Part shown: piece by piece, positions 1 to 12,792 of the stretch | Position numbering within the stretch: the stretch's first letter is position 1 | Layout: each line of letters opens with the position of its first letter | Assembly (NCBI GenBank): GCA_010093705.1 | Contig: MU006116.1 | Span: forward strand, 37,424 to 101,423 | From: Patellaria atrata CBS 101060 | Lineage: Eukaryota | DNA length: 64,000 bases | Reading direction: 5' to 3' | Program-made: the position numbers and the translations under genes | The notes under the pieces: model-generated | Told to the model about the DNA's origin: nothing | Databases searched by the model: none | The model's input: the letters and a program-made list of their open reading frames with translations, nothing else

Positions 1-1470
1 ATTATTTAATTATTTAATTATTTAATTATTTTTTATAATTAAAATATTTATATATTTAAATATAAAATTTATTATTATTTATTATTATTTATTTTATTTA
101 TATAATTTTTTTAAATAATAATTTTTTTTCTTTATTTATTATTTATTTATTTTTTATAATAATATATTATAATATTAATTCTATATTTTTTATATTAAAT
201 ATTTAATTTATTTATAAAAGATTTTTATTAGATTAAACGCGGAAAAGATCTTTAAACGTTAATTAATTAAATAAAAAATAGTCGAATTAAAGCTTAATAA
301 AATAGAATTATTATATATAAATATTTAGTCTATAATATTATTATTTCTTAACTTAATCTCTATATTTAGTAATTAGTAATAAAGATAATTAAAATATAAT
401 TATTATAGTTATATTATATTATTATATTTTTATAATTTATAATTATAATAATAATATAATAAATAAAATTAAATTTAAAATTATAATATTTAAATTTATA
501 AATAAAATTAATAATAAAAATAATTATAAAAAATTTAAATATATAAAAAAAAATATTTTTAAATATTTTTATTTTTTATAATTTATTTTAATAATTTTTT
601 AATTATATAATTATTTTTTATAATTAAATATTTATATTTTTATATTTTTATATTTTTATATTTTTATATTTTTATATTTTTATATTTTTAATTATATAAT
701 TATTTTTTATAATTAAATATTTAAATATTTAATTATTTAATTTAATTTATTTAATTATTTTATTTAATTATTTTTTTTAATTATTTTATTTAATTATTTT
801 ATTTAATTATTTTATTTAATTATTTTATTTAATTATTTTATTTAATTATTTTATTTAATTATTTTATTTANNNNNNNNNNNNNNNNNNNNNNNNNNNNNN
901 NNNNNNNNNNNNNNNNNNNNNNNNNNNNNNNNNNNNNNNNNNNNNNNNNNNNNNNNNNNNNNNNNNNNNNTTTAATTATTTTATTTAATTATTTTATTTA
1001 ATTATTTTATTTAATTATTTTATTTAATTATTTTATTTAATTATTTTATTTAATTATTTTATTTAAATTTTCTATTAATTTAAATATAATTAATATAATA
1101 ATTATAATTTTTTTTATATATTTTTTATATATTTTTAATATTATTTTTTTAAAAAAAAAATTTATTTAAATAATAATAAATTTAAAATTTAAAATTTTAA
1201 TTAAATATATAAAATATATAAATATTATTTATATTATTAAAATTTAATTTATTAATTATATTTATTATTATTATATTTATTATTTTATAAATTTTTAATT
1301 AAAATTTTTAATTATTATTTTTTATTATTTTCTTATATATATATTTATAAAAATAATATAAAATTAAAATTTAAATTAAATTAATTATTAATTTTTTTTA
1401 ATTTAAATAAGATATATAATATTAAATAATATATTAATTTAAGATAATATATTAATTTTATCTAATTTTC
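1..1470. repeat. Extremely AT-rich block, probably RIP-degraded repeat/heterochromatic relic; contains an N gap at 871-970
   Basis: Almost no C/G, TpA-rich, no ORFs; abrupt return to normal GC near 1470. Confidence 0.75.
750..1065. repeat. 13-bp minisatellite (TTAATTATTTTAT)n spanning the assembly gap
   Basis: The unit is repeated directly on both sides of the N run; an 8-bp TTTTTATA array also lies at about 637-690. Confidence 0.85.
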
Positions 1471-1686
1471 CGCTATAGATTATCTATATTCTATTCCACT
1501 AATTTGGTTCTATAAGAGGAAAAGTAATACTTACCCCTGTTAGACTTATATTAGAAACTCCTAACTTAACCGTCTACCGTCTTTCCGGAATTTTTCTATT
1601 CGTTAACAATTTAACAAATGCATTAGACTCTCAACGTGCTTACTTATCACAGCGAATACAGGATATATATTTCTGAAATATCGGCT

Positions 1687-3766
1687 ATGGAACCTATAGC
1701 GAGCGAGACGGCGGATCAATCAGCCGAGGTGGAAAGGGGATACCAGGCCGTCGAATCGCAACCACAAGTTGAGAATGAGCAGCGAGGGAACGGTGCAGAT
1801 GTTACACCAGACGAGCAACCGCCAATCACGACCCATGGCAGCGAGGCAGACGAGACGAAGCAATCCGAATCCGAACAACATCTCCCTCCTCAACATCCAG
1901 AAACGGAGGAAGGAGGGAGACGGACACCGACTTTGGCTTATCCGCTCCAGGAACTCGGTGAGCTGTCGATGGCGGAACGAGGGGAGCATTCCTCAGGCGA
2001 GGAAACGTTGATTGATGATTCTAGTTCCGTAAGAACGAGGGTGGGTTTTCCTTGGAGAGGGTGTGGTAGGGGAGGTTGGGTTGATGAGTGCTGATGTGAG
2101 GGTAGGCTTATGATTCGAGTTCGAGTGCGCAGACTTTGGTATGGTTGCTCTTTTTTTCATTTAGGGGGTAGGGGAGGCCAAAGGGGGCTTGGAGATGATA
2201 CGTGCTAATGCGTATGGGTTGTTGATTTAGGTCGACGACGATTCGACGACTGATGATGCGTCAAGTTTTGTTGATGACGGGTTTTCGTGAGTTTCAGTTT
2301 TTGTTCGTCCATTCAGCAATTCCTGTCTTGGGCATCAGGGGAGCGTTGGGGAAAACAGTCAGATGAAGGGACTTGCCTGATGGGTCAATTGTAGATTCAC
2401 AGAGACGATCAACTCGATGAACTATCGGTTTAGGTTTGACGCCGGGAGGAGATATCATGCTTTTGAAGACGCAGGTATGTCTTTTGAGAGGCATGAAACC
2501 CCAATGTTTTGCAACCAAGACTGATAGTAGGTAGCATATTTACTTCCTAACGATGAGGTTAGTTCTATGTTAACTGAGTAGTGGAACTGAAGTTAATAGA
2601 AGACAGAGAGAGCAGGAGAGGCTAGGTACGCTTCCTGAAATATGAGTAGGGAATGTAGTTTATTAATCTGTAGTAGAGGGCCAACACCAGATGTGGCTCA
2701 TGGCACTCAGGGGTAATTTGCACATCGCCCCCATAAAAGAGAATGTCGGAAATGTTCTCGATATTGCCACGGGAACGGGGAACTGGGCTATGGATTTTGT
2801 AAAGCACCGAAAATATCTTTCTTTGATTCCTCTACTAATAACTTACAGGCGGAATTATACCCCGAAGCCAATGTCTTTGGGACAGACCTAAGGTATAGTA
2901 CTAATCTCCACCCCTGTGCCCTCGAATCTAATTAACCACCTTCCTCAGTCCAATACAACCTCGTTTGTAAGTAAACCCCCTCAAGCAACTCCATCTCGCT
3001 GATACCAATACCGCAGACGTAGCGTCCCGCCCAACTGCCAATTCGTCGTCGAAGACAGCGAGGGCGAATGGATGTGGGATGAGAAATTCGATTTCATACA
3101 TTCCAGAACCCTAGGCTCGACGTGGAGGGATTGGAAGGGGTATTTCAGGAAATGTATGGAGTGAGTCTTTCTCCCTAAACCTCAAGCCCCATCTTCCAGT
3201 ATCCGGGAATATAGGTTCAGAGCGCTTATGGCTGGTGAAACACATCTAGATACCTCAACCCCAGCGGCTACCTCGAAATCCACGAATTCACCTTCCCCTT
3301 CCACTGCGACGACGGCACCGCCGGCCCCGACTCCCCCATGATGCAATGGTCGATCCACTTCAACCAGGCCGCGGCCAAACGCGGTGTGGACATGGAAATC
3401 TGCGCCCAACTCGACCCTCTGCTGCGCGAAGCTGGCTTCGTCAATATCACCAAGACGCGCCTGAGGCTGCCGTTTACCGGGTGGAGCGATGACCCGGACG
3501 AGAAGCGGTACGGCGCCTTTTACGGCAGGACGTTCGATTGGGGTGTCAGTATGGGACTTTTCATGAATAGTTTGGGCTGGAGTAGGGAGAGAGCGGAGGG
3601 GTTTGTGACGGCTGCAAAGGAGGATGCGAGGGATGTGGATATGCATGCTTATATTCCGTTGTAAGTGTAATCATCCCGTGAAGGGGTTGGTTTGGGACTA
3701 ATGGGGAGATATAGGTATATCTATACGGCGCAGAAGCCGGAAGGAACTACGAGGACTTTGACGTAG
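1687..3766 (+). CDS. Class I SAM-dependent methyltransferase (LaeA/TAM/UMTA-like), about 11-12 exons
   Basis: Spliced pieces read RYHAF..AYLLPNDE..EQERL..QHQMW..LHIAP..VLDIATGTGNWAMDF..GTDLSPIQP..VPPNCQFVVED..W..FDFIHSR..LNPSGYLEIHE..YTAQKP; last exon 3715-3766 ends in TAG. Some 5' exon boundaries are approximate. Confidence 0.85.
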
Positions 3767-4589
3767 CTATAGGGGGTAATGCAAGTGAGCAGTCGAGATA
3801 TATAGGTCTTATTGGAAGCATATCTGCGGCGATAGAACATTGTTGGAGACTGTAATACGGGTCTTGTATAGTGTACATTTTCGATGTCAAAATCCTAGAA
3901 TGGGCGAATACAGGGAGAGGGGTCGTAAATATTTGGATGCTGTTTGTACGACAAATCCGGTCAAATCTCGAACCATATTTGTATGGCTTGGGGGTTATAG
4001 TTGTACGGCTTAGCATGCGGGTACTCAACATATCTGGCGCATGTATAATCTTCTCGCTATTTAAGCTAAATGAATATGAGACATTGGATACGTATGGACC
4101 AAATCGCCTTACGACTGCTTCAGCTTAGAGACCTTGTTTGGAACCTTGTCTGCTATTTGGTTTCCAGCACTCTCAGTTAGTTTAGGTAACTCCCGATGGG
4201 TATTCGATACTCATTGGCTTCGCAAAGACTGAAGTCTGGTCTCTACAAATATAGGGGGGGTAGAATTGACTTACGGTGATCTTAGATGGGGGCATCGATA
4301 ATTCACACCTGCTAGTGTAACATGCTGTTCATATCTATGTTTTCCTTTGGAAACACGAACAAAAATAGTAACGTACTACATATGATCTTTGTAGATGTCT
4401 AAGCAGTTGCGGGGACAGTCGCGGGGCACTCGGAAGCACGATCCGAAATCGGGAATCCCGAATCCGCCTCCGCAAAGAAATATTTGTCTAAAAGCTCCAA
4501 CAATAATATCTCGACATGACTCACCTTCGACCATAGAAAATCCACACCACCTTCCAGCCTTCCAATTGATACCCCGATACCTACCCAAA

Positions 4590-6735
4590 ATGGCACCACG
4601 AGCAAGTATACCTCTATCCCCTCAATCACACCCAAACTAAACGAAAATAATAACTAGATATACGCCCAACCCTCCCTTTCCACCATCCGCGCCCTCCTCG
4701 CTAAATCCCTCACCTCCCCCAACCCAGCCAACTTAGTGCCCCTCTGCACGACCGTGCCCGCCGAACTCCTAACCCCGACATCGATTTACCTCAAGATCTC
4801 CTCGAAGTCAGTCGTTCTGTCTCATCCCTCCAAATCCCCCAACAGCCCATACCAAACCTCCAACCCCCCCTAACACCCGTCGCACAGATCCCCCTCCCGC
4901 CTCTCCTTCCTCTTCGAATCCGCCCTCACAACCGAAACAATCGGACGCTTCTCCTTCGTCGGTAGCGCACCCCGTCTCGTCCTGAAAACCGGGCCCGGAC
5001 ACGGTGCTTCCGTCGACCCCCTCCCGCTGCTCGAAGCCGAACTGCGCAAATCCCGCGTGCTGGACGTACCTGGCTTGAACCTCCCCCCGTTGACCGGCGG
5101 CGCGATAGGGTATGTGGGGTACGACTGCGTGCGGTACTTTGAGCCGAAGACGGCGCGGGAGGGGATGCGGGACGTGTTGGGCGTGCCGGAGAGTTTGTTC
5201 ATGGTTTTTGATACTATTGTTGCGATGGATCATTTTTATCAGACTGTGCGGGTCGTTACTTATATGCGTGTTTCGCCTGGGATACTGGAGGGGGAGGGGA
5301 AGTTGGAAGAGGCGTATGAGAGGGCTTGTGGGGAGTTGAGACGGGTGGCGGAGGTGTTGAGGGAGGGGGAGATACCGGTGCCTGTGCAGCCGTCGATTGA
5401 GCGCGGAGGGGAGTATGTGTCTAATATTGGGCGCGAGGGGTATGAGGGCCATGTCAGGAGGTTGAAGGAGCATATCAAGGTCGGGGATATCATTCAGGCG
5501 GTTCCCTCGCAGAGGGTCGCGAGACCGACGTCCCTCCATCCGTTCAATATCTACCGTAACCTCCGCACCGTCAATCCCTCGCCTTACCTCTTCTTCGTCG
5601 ACTGCGAGGAGTTTCAGATCGTGGGCGCCAGCCCCGAGTTGCTGGTTAAGAGCGAGCTGGGCAGGGTCATCACGCATCCGATCGCGGGGACCGTGAAGAG
5701 GGGCAAGACGGTCGAGCAGGATGACGCGCTCGCGAGGGAGCTGTTGGAGTCGATTAAGGATCGCGCGGAACATGTCATGTTGGTTGACCTTGCCCGCAAC
5801 GATGTCAATCGTGTCTGTGACCCCTTGTCCACGCGCGTCGACCGGCTCATGGTCGTGCAGAAGTTCTCTCACGTTCAGCACCTCGTGTCGGAGGTTAGTG
5901 GGGTGTTGAGACCGGGCAAGACGCGCTTCGATGCGTTCAGGAGTATTTTTCCTGCCGGAACGGTGAGTGGAGCGCCGAAGGTGAGGGCTATGGAACTCAT
6001 TGCCGAGCTGGAGAAGGAGAAGAGAGGAGTGTATGCGGGTGCGGTGGGGTATTTTGGGTATGGGAGTGTTGATAGGGATGGGAAGGAGGAAGAGGGAGCG
6101 ATGGATGTGAGTACAGCATTTTTTGCCCTGAGGATGTTGGTGCCTTTGATGTTAAATGTTTTGGCAGACTTGCATCGCGCTACGAACGATGCTGGTTAAG
6201 GATGGAGTCGCATATCTTCAAGCAGGGGTAAGTTCGATATATATATTTTTTTTTTACATGTCGGTGTTTTCTGTGATGTTGTTTCATACTGTTGTACAAG
6301 TTTTTCTTTAGAGGGGCTGGGCAGATATCTGCAATTGTTGTACCATGTTTCTTGTTTCTTGTTTCTTGTTTCTTGTTTCTCGTTTCTCGTTTCTCGTTTC
6401 TCGTTGAGCGGGTGCTACTGCAGTTGTGGAGAAAGGTCCGGAAGCGAAAAGACTGACTTGAGATCAGGGCGGCATCGTACACGATTCAGACCCTTATGAC
6501 GAGTATGTGGAGACGTTGAATAAACTGGGTGCCAACGTGTAAGTTTTCCCATGGCCGTACCTTATTCTATACATAATACTAAATGGCTAGGCAATGTATC
6601 ACTTCAGCTGAAGAGAAGCATCTGCAGGAGCAGGAACAGGAACAGGGAAGCGCCATCAACGACGTTGCGGGAAAGCAGGAACTGGCGATAGACAAGCAGC
6701 AGGAGAAAACGCATATCGAGCTCGCTGCTGGTTAA
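4590..6735 (+). CDS. TRP2: Anthranilate synthase component I, multi-exon
   Basis: SFLFESA, GGAIGYVGYD, GDIIQAVPSQR, NPSPYLF, HPIAGT, KDRAEHVMLVDLARND, FPAGTVSGAPKVRAM, YLQAG|GGIVHDSDP motifs; stop TAA at 6733-6735. Confidence 0.95.
6347..6405. repeat. Intronic 7-bp tandem repeat (GTTTCTT)n switching to (GTTTCTC)n
   Basis: Seen directly within a TRP2 intron. Confidence 0.85.
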
Positions 6736-8025
6736 ACCGTCTTTGAACGAATCTTGATGGGGAAATTATAGGCGTAATGCGAATCCGTCACAGCCGTCTT
6801 TTTTTCTCATCTTCCCGTCTCTTTTTTGCTGTTTAGCAAACTTTTACCTTAGATAGCAATCATGTTTGCGTGTGATGGGATACTGAGCCACAGTTAGCGA
6901 GAGAGTTCAGGGGTCCAGGATCATCTGTGGCACAGAATGATTCGATGATGGCTTCGTGAGGTAAGGGGGTTGGCAGGAAAAGTTGGACACGACAACCCGA
7001 CCACCCGACCTCAAGACGGCAAGACGGCAGCTTTTTGAGTGCAACTTTTTCTTTTAACTTTCCTTGTTCCTTGGAAACGGTTAGGAATTACGACTGGTTG
7101 AAGTCATGGCATTGTGAGAAATAGAGGAATCATGTTCGCGAACCTTTCCAATCTCAGAATTCAATCAATTCCTTCGCGATAATTTCAATTGAAACTCGTT
7201 CAATTTCCACACCCGAGAAAGGTGAGAAGGTCAGTCGAAAGATGTGCAGCAGCGATGGCTGAGATTCGTTGACGGGGCAAATTGGCGAGATCCAAAGTCG
7301 CAGGCGGGATTGGAGACAGGGATTATTGGATGGCTGGGAAGGCGGAACTTTACCTCATCCAGCTTGAAGCGAAGGTTACGCGCATAAACAACCTAACCAT
7401 TTACCATCATCTCGGCAGATGTTCATTGGATGAAGAGAAGATGGCTACATCATAATCCGTTGCTCTGATGAGTTCAGGTTCCTGGATTCGTTGGATGGCG
7501 AAGAGACCACCTGAAATGGGTTTAGCGGGAGGCTGATATTCAAAGCCATACGGCGAATAACGCGATCCGCGCATTGATTGTACAGCGTGTCCTGCGCGCG
7601 TCTCATCCAAGCTTCCTGTATCTTTTTTCCCCTCTCCACAACTTCGATTTTGCAGGGGCACAGGGCGTACAGGGGAGCTCTTGATTGTTCGATGAACTCT
7701 AGGCTTGTGACGACGCCTTCCAAGTTTTCCTTGTGGCAGGAACGATGCACCAAGATGCGAGATGCAAGATGCAAGCTCCCCCTTCACCCACACCCGTCCA
7801 CCTGGGAAGTCACCCGTCACCCAACCAGACACACCCGAAATTGCCCTTTGTTTATATTCCTCATCTGCCTCCTTGACTCCTTTTCTCTCCTCCTCTTCCT
7901 CTTCCTCACCGTCCATCTAAGCATCCACCTTTGCGCATACCTTCAACCGCCTTCATTCTAGAAAGCATCCTAAACCGTTTCTTCTACCTTGCATTGTTCA
8001 TCAACTTTGATACCCCTTCGCCACA

Positions 8026-8970
8026 ATGAAGACCTCAATCCTTCTCCTCGCCGGTGCCGCTGTTGTCCTTGCTCAAGGTGATATCGGTGGTCTGCCCGCC
8101 TGCGGTGTAAGTTGAAGAAAACCATCAATTCATCCATTTTTCCATGGTCGGTCAATTGATATGTGAACAGCAAACATGCATTGGAAACATGCTCGGCATC
8201 GCGCAGTCTTCATTCGGATGCAATCCCGGTGACGCTGTTTGCTACTGCACAAACGCCAACTTCGGATACGGTATTAGGGATTGCGCCGATCAGGCATGCC
8301 CTAACGCTGAGGATGCCAACACTGTCAAGAGCTTCGGTGTTCAATACTGCCAGAGTGAGTCACCGACTGCTGCATGTCTGACGCTATTCGAATTATTACT
8401 AACCATGCGATAGACTACTTCGCTAGTCTTTCAGCCGCTGGCAACTCCGTCCCACCTGCTACCGCCATCTCTGCAATCACCGAGACTCCAACTGGCACTG
8501 CTGCTAGCGCTTCTGGTGCTGCTCAGACCAGTGAAGACAGCGAGCCTTCATCATCTCCAATCTCCACTCAGGCTCTAGTTGCGACCATCACCGCTGACGG
8601 CAGTACCATCACCACGACAACCGGTGCTTCAACTCTCTTCACCGTCATTGGAGGTGCTGCTGCTTCCGCTTCCGACGCTCTCGCATCTGCCTCCGCCAGT
8701 GCTAGTGACGTACTCGGCTCTGCTAGCAGTGCTCTTGCTTCAGCTTCAGATGCTCTTGCTTCCGCTTCTGGCGCTGCCTCAAGTAATCTCGCCGATGCAT
8801 CTGGTGCTCTTTCCAGCGCTCTTGAAACTGTGACCGGATCCGCCTCGCAGACTGTCACCACCTTCACTTCAACCATGACCGGTACCAGCACCTCAACCGG
8901 TGGTGCTCCCATGAAGACTGCCGCTCCTATTCTTGGTGCTGCCGGTATGGCTGCTCTCCTCTTCCTGTAA
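8026..8970 (+). CDS. CFEM-domain, Ser/Thr/Ala-rich GPI-anchored cell-surface protein (3 exons)
   Basis: Signal peptide MKTSILLLAGAAVVLAQ; 8-Cys CFEM pattern (LPACG|QTC..GC...D..CYC...F..GIRDC...AC...YC); S/T/A-rich stalk; hydrophobic C-terminal GPI signal. Confidence 0.9.
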
Positions 8971-9149
8971 ATACCTTTTCGACCGATAACTCGGTACTTG
9001 GGGTACGACGGATAGTTGGTCAGCTAGCATTAGCGGAGCATTTCATGGGCGGTCATCTTAATTTCACCGGGGGTTACGAGGAGTTCAAGAGGTGTATTAG
9101 CATCCAGGATCTTCTTGCATGCATATCGGGTTGGTTTTGATTATGAATC

Positions 9150-9157
9150 TTCTCTTC

Positions 9158-9194
<37 letters not shown>

Positions 9195-9208
9195 GTCTGT
9201 GTGTGTGT
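9150..9208. repeat. (CT)n/(GT)n microsatellite
   Basis: Dinucleotide runs seen directly. Confidence 0.85.
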
Positions 9209-10041
9209 ATGAATATGTCGATATGAGGCGACTTTTTACTCTTACCCTTTACTTTCTTGAATCCGACTAATAATCGATTCTGCGATATGCAGTTCGATAC
9301 TCTTGGATCCGACACAATGTAATTAGATCGTATGGATGGATGCTCATGATACCCTTGCGACATGAGCGATTACTACGGGGTTAGGAAGCTTAGGATAATT
9401 GAATGTTAAACATTATATTTAAGTATATCATGTGCTATGTGATTTTGACTTGGTATATTGAGGGTGATTTGTGAACTGTGTCGTTGGAAAAGAGTGTGAT
9501 TAGTCATCTCGCGTGGTTTACGAAAGGGATGGTAGCCTCAAAGGAATGAAGCTTACCTTGACGTCCATGATCGACCTTGACATGGAATGCTCATTCAACT
9601 TCAACAATCAAAAACTTACCTGATTACCGGCATAAAGCAATAAAATGTAGTCAGGAACTTCCTAGAATAAAACATCCTTGTATTGTAGCTCAAAACTTCG
9701 CGCGGTCTGTCGAAGCACATCTCAAACAATAGAGAACAAGACGCAGTTACCGCAGTCCCTTCTACAGACCGTTCATCACAACTAAAAATAGAAATAAACG
9801 AATAAAACCTCCCATATATCCATTCGCTACCGTTCCCCCTTTCTCGATCCGTTTCTTTACAAAACTAATTTTTATCTTACTCTCATCTTCCCTCACTCAC
9901 ATACCCCTCTTCCGCTTTTTCCTTCCCTTGCCTTAGTCATTCCCCTCATCCTTCCGTTTCCCACTCCCCTCCCCTCCATTCTTCCGTTTCCCCTTTTCCG
10001 TCTCTCTTTACCTCATCCTCCACCTCTCCTTGTCCCTCTCC

Positions 10042-12189
10042 CTAACCCACCTCCCCCAAACCCACCTCCTCCCTCTCCCGTCCCCGTCTCCACGCCTCCG
10101 CAACACCAACCCGTCTCCCATCCTCACCCACCCAATCCCCCCTGCCCGCGCCGTAAGTATTCTCAAGCCATTTCTGCACAGCTTTTCTGTCAGTTTTTTT
10201 AGAGGGACAAAGACCCCAAGATGAGGCGTTGGAGAGGATGGTACTGAGGGGAAGGCGGCGGATGAAGAAGTCGTAGCGGAGTTGGGAGAGGAGGCGGGGG
10301 GTTAGTTCTGGTGTGTTTTGCTGAAACTCGTCGTCGTCGTTTGAGGTGGAGGGCGACGGGGAGGGGGAAGGGAAGAGGGAGGCGGAGTTGGAAGGGGAGG
10401 TGTTTTCGCGTCTGCTGGTGGATGTATCTTCTTCTTCTCTCGGTCCCGGGGGTGCGCAGGTGAGATTGTATGTGCTGCTCTCGTCGTCATCTTCTTGGTC
10501 AGGATGACGATACCTCTCTATACCCCGCTTGTCTTTACCCCTCCGTTCCTCACTTCTGCTTCCACTTCCGCTAGACGCATTGCCATCGCAGGCCCCATCC
10601 CCATCCCCATCCCCCTTCAATTCCGATCTTCCATCCTTCGTACCCCTAGTCTTGCCCCTAGTCTTGGGTTTGGACTCTCTCCCACGTCCCAGCTTTCCAA
10701 AACCCGACCACCCCGCCGGCAAATGCTCCCTCCACCACGGAAAATGCAAGACCGGACGGAGCGGGTTCAGGACCCCGCGGGCCGGGAACCCCGGGCCCGG
10801 AGATGTTCTCACCGAGGAAGGGTGGAGAGATGAGTTGGGGAGGGGAAGAAGTGTATGCGCCCCGGCGTGCGGGCAGGGGATGCAGAAGCGGAGGGGTGGG
10901 GTGGGTATGTTCGGCACGGCCAGGGGGCCTGATGATGGGAATGAGGTCAAGAGTGAAGATGAAGACGCGGGATGCATGTGGAAGGGGTTCGTGCACGGTT
11001 CCCGTGTGGTTTGGTTTGAGGAACCGGGATCATCTGCGAGAGTGGGGGCGGGATCGCCACCATGTTCGAGACTGGAGAAAGTCGTGGCGCTGTCTGGGGG
11101 TTTTGGTGGGCGGTTCCTCTCTCTGTCGCCGTGATGAGAGGGTGTGGGATGAGAGATCCCTCCATCGTGGTCCAGAGACCCGGAGGAACGTCTTGTGGCT
11201 GGGGGAAAGGGAGTCGTAGACGCGGTGCCGATCCCCTCGTCGTTCGCGTACCCGGAAATTTCGAAGCGGGAAAGGGGGGCGAGAGGTGTGTCTTCTACAT
11301 AGGTTTGAAAACTCCGTTTCCGGGATTGGGAGGTCGTTGTAGGGTGGAGGTGTCGGGGATCTGGATCCGAGTTGGGGAGGGTGGCTGCGCCGGGTATTGG
11401 GGCGTGGGTGTGGTCTCTGTTCGGTGGAATGTGTTGGGGATGTGAGAAGGTGGGGTTGGTTGCGGTGGTTTGATGGGATTGATGTCGGTGTTGATAGTGC
11501 CGATACGGTACTACTCTCGTATCCTCGCCGATAGGAGGAGTGTAAATAGGATAATATGTCCCGTCAACGGGGGTTTGAAACATATCATCCTCCACGCTCG
11601 CCCGCGGCTCTTCTCCCCTCTCCACCTCGACGTGAACAGGGTTAGGGTCCAAGTCGAGGTCTAGACCAGGTATGCAGGTCCACCAGGGCTCCTGCGGCTC
11701 TGAGACAGGAGACGCCGGAGCCTCTGTGTGTCCGAGCGCGCGATAGGATTCTTTGAGACTTGGATTGATACAGTCGTCTGGGTAGTACGGGATAGGCGTG
11801 GCGTATGCGTTTGTGGGAGAGGGATAGGAGGTTAGATACTGGGGGGTGGTACAATCATCATCGTACGCTGGGAACGTGAAGTCGTCTATGTAAAGGCCCG
11901 GTGTGGTGTGAGTGTCTTGGGGTGGAGCGTCAAGGCTGGGAGTTTCGTAGTGTATGCTGCTGGCTTGAGCTTCGATGGGGATGGTGTGGGTTGGATCATG
12001 CGGTGCTTGGGCATGGTCGTGTGGTGGAGGTTGTGGATTTGTGATGCTAGCATATTGTAGGCTATTTTCCTCACAAGACGGCGAATTCAAATAGGACAAA
12101 GGGATGCCCTCGTGCATTTCCATTATAAAACTGTTTTGCGAGTTACCAGGTATCCATATGTTTCCGTATTCGCTTTCTTGATCTTCCAT
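10042..12189 (-). CDS. Hypothetical Pro/Ser-rich, largely disordered protein (about 715 aa from MEDQESEYG)
   Basis: Uninterrupted ORF over 2.1 kb; no recognisable domain; start choice uncertain. Confidence 0.5.
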   Translation of the reverse strand: MEDQESEYGNIWIPGNSQNSFIMEMHEGIPLSYLNSPSCEENSLQYASITNPQPPPHDHAQAPHDPTHTIPIEAQASSIHYETPSLDAPPQDTHTTPGLYIDDFTFPAYDDDCTTPQYLTSYPSPTNAYATPIPYYPDDCINPSLKESYRALGHTEAPASPVSEPQEPWWTCIPGLDLDLDPNPVHVEVERGEEPRASVEDDMFQTPVDGTYYPIYTPPIGEDTRVVPYRHYQHRHQSHQTTATNPTFSHPQHIPPNRDHTHAPIPGAATLPNSDPDPRHLHPTTTSQSRKRSFQTYVEDTPLAPLSRFEISGYANDEGIGTASTTPFPPATRRSSGSLDHDGGISHPTPSHHGDRERNRPPKPPDSATTFSSLEHGGDPAPTLADDPGSSNQTTREPCTNPFHMHPASSSSLLTSFPSSGPLAVPNIPTPPLRFCIPCPHAGAHTLLPLPNSSLHPSSVRTSPGPGFPARGVLNPLRPVLHFPWWREHLPAGWSGFGKLGRGRESKPKTRGKTRGTKDGRSELKGDGDGDGACDGNASSGSGSRSEERRGKDKRGIERYRHPDQEDDDESSTYNLTCAPPGPREEEDTSTSRRENTSPSNSASLFPSPSPSPSTSNDDDEFQQNTPELTPRLLSQLRYDFFIRRLPLSTILSNASSWGLCPSKKTDRKAVQKWLENTYGAGRGDWVGEDGRRVGVAEAWRRGREREEVGLGEVG

Positions 12190-12792
12190 GTTTGAGCATA
12201 TAAATACATCGGGGATCGAGTGGGGGGTAAGAAATAGATTCGCAGACCATGAGATTGTGACTTTTACGGACAAAGGGTCGAGGTACTATAATGGTTTCTG
12301 GGTATGGATGAGTTTTCCCGCCAGCACTGCCCACGTGGGCCGCATGTGTGAACAACGCACTTGCCATGTGAGAATGAACGCATAGCTTAACAAACACGGG
12401 ATAGCTCACTTATCACATGGATCGGGTTTGAGGTGTATGATATTGTTCAGGAGATTTTTTTGATGCTGAAAGGGTCCGGGAGGAAGTGGAATGAGATATA
12501 AAAAGGGACTAAAATTCGAAAATTGGTTCTGACTTTACAGGAAGAAAATAAAAGATAGTAGGGATGATAATGGTGCAATATTAATTAGTATATTGATGAC
12601 TGTGTATGCCATACTACCCACGTAATAAAGATCAGACCCTATAAGTTTATCAGAATTGGTTCTTCTATCTCTTATTAATGCTGATGACGTGGGGTTGAGT
12701 AAAGATTAACTTCATGGTGACTTCGATTACAGTGTGTCTTTCGACGGGAAACCATCACTCAAAAGTGTTGGGAGACTCAATTTCTAAGTTAA

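Noticed and set aside
4808..5881. 357-aa minus-strand ORF
   Set aside because: Antisense shadow of the GC-rich TRP2 coding exon.
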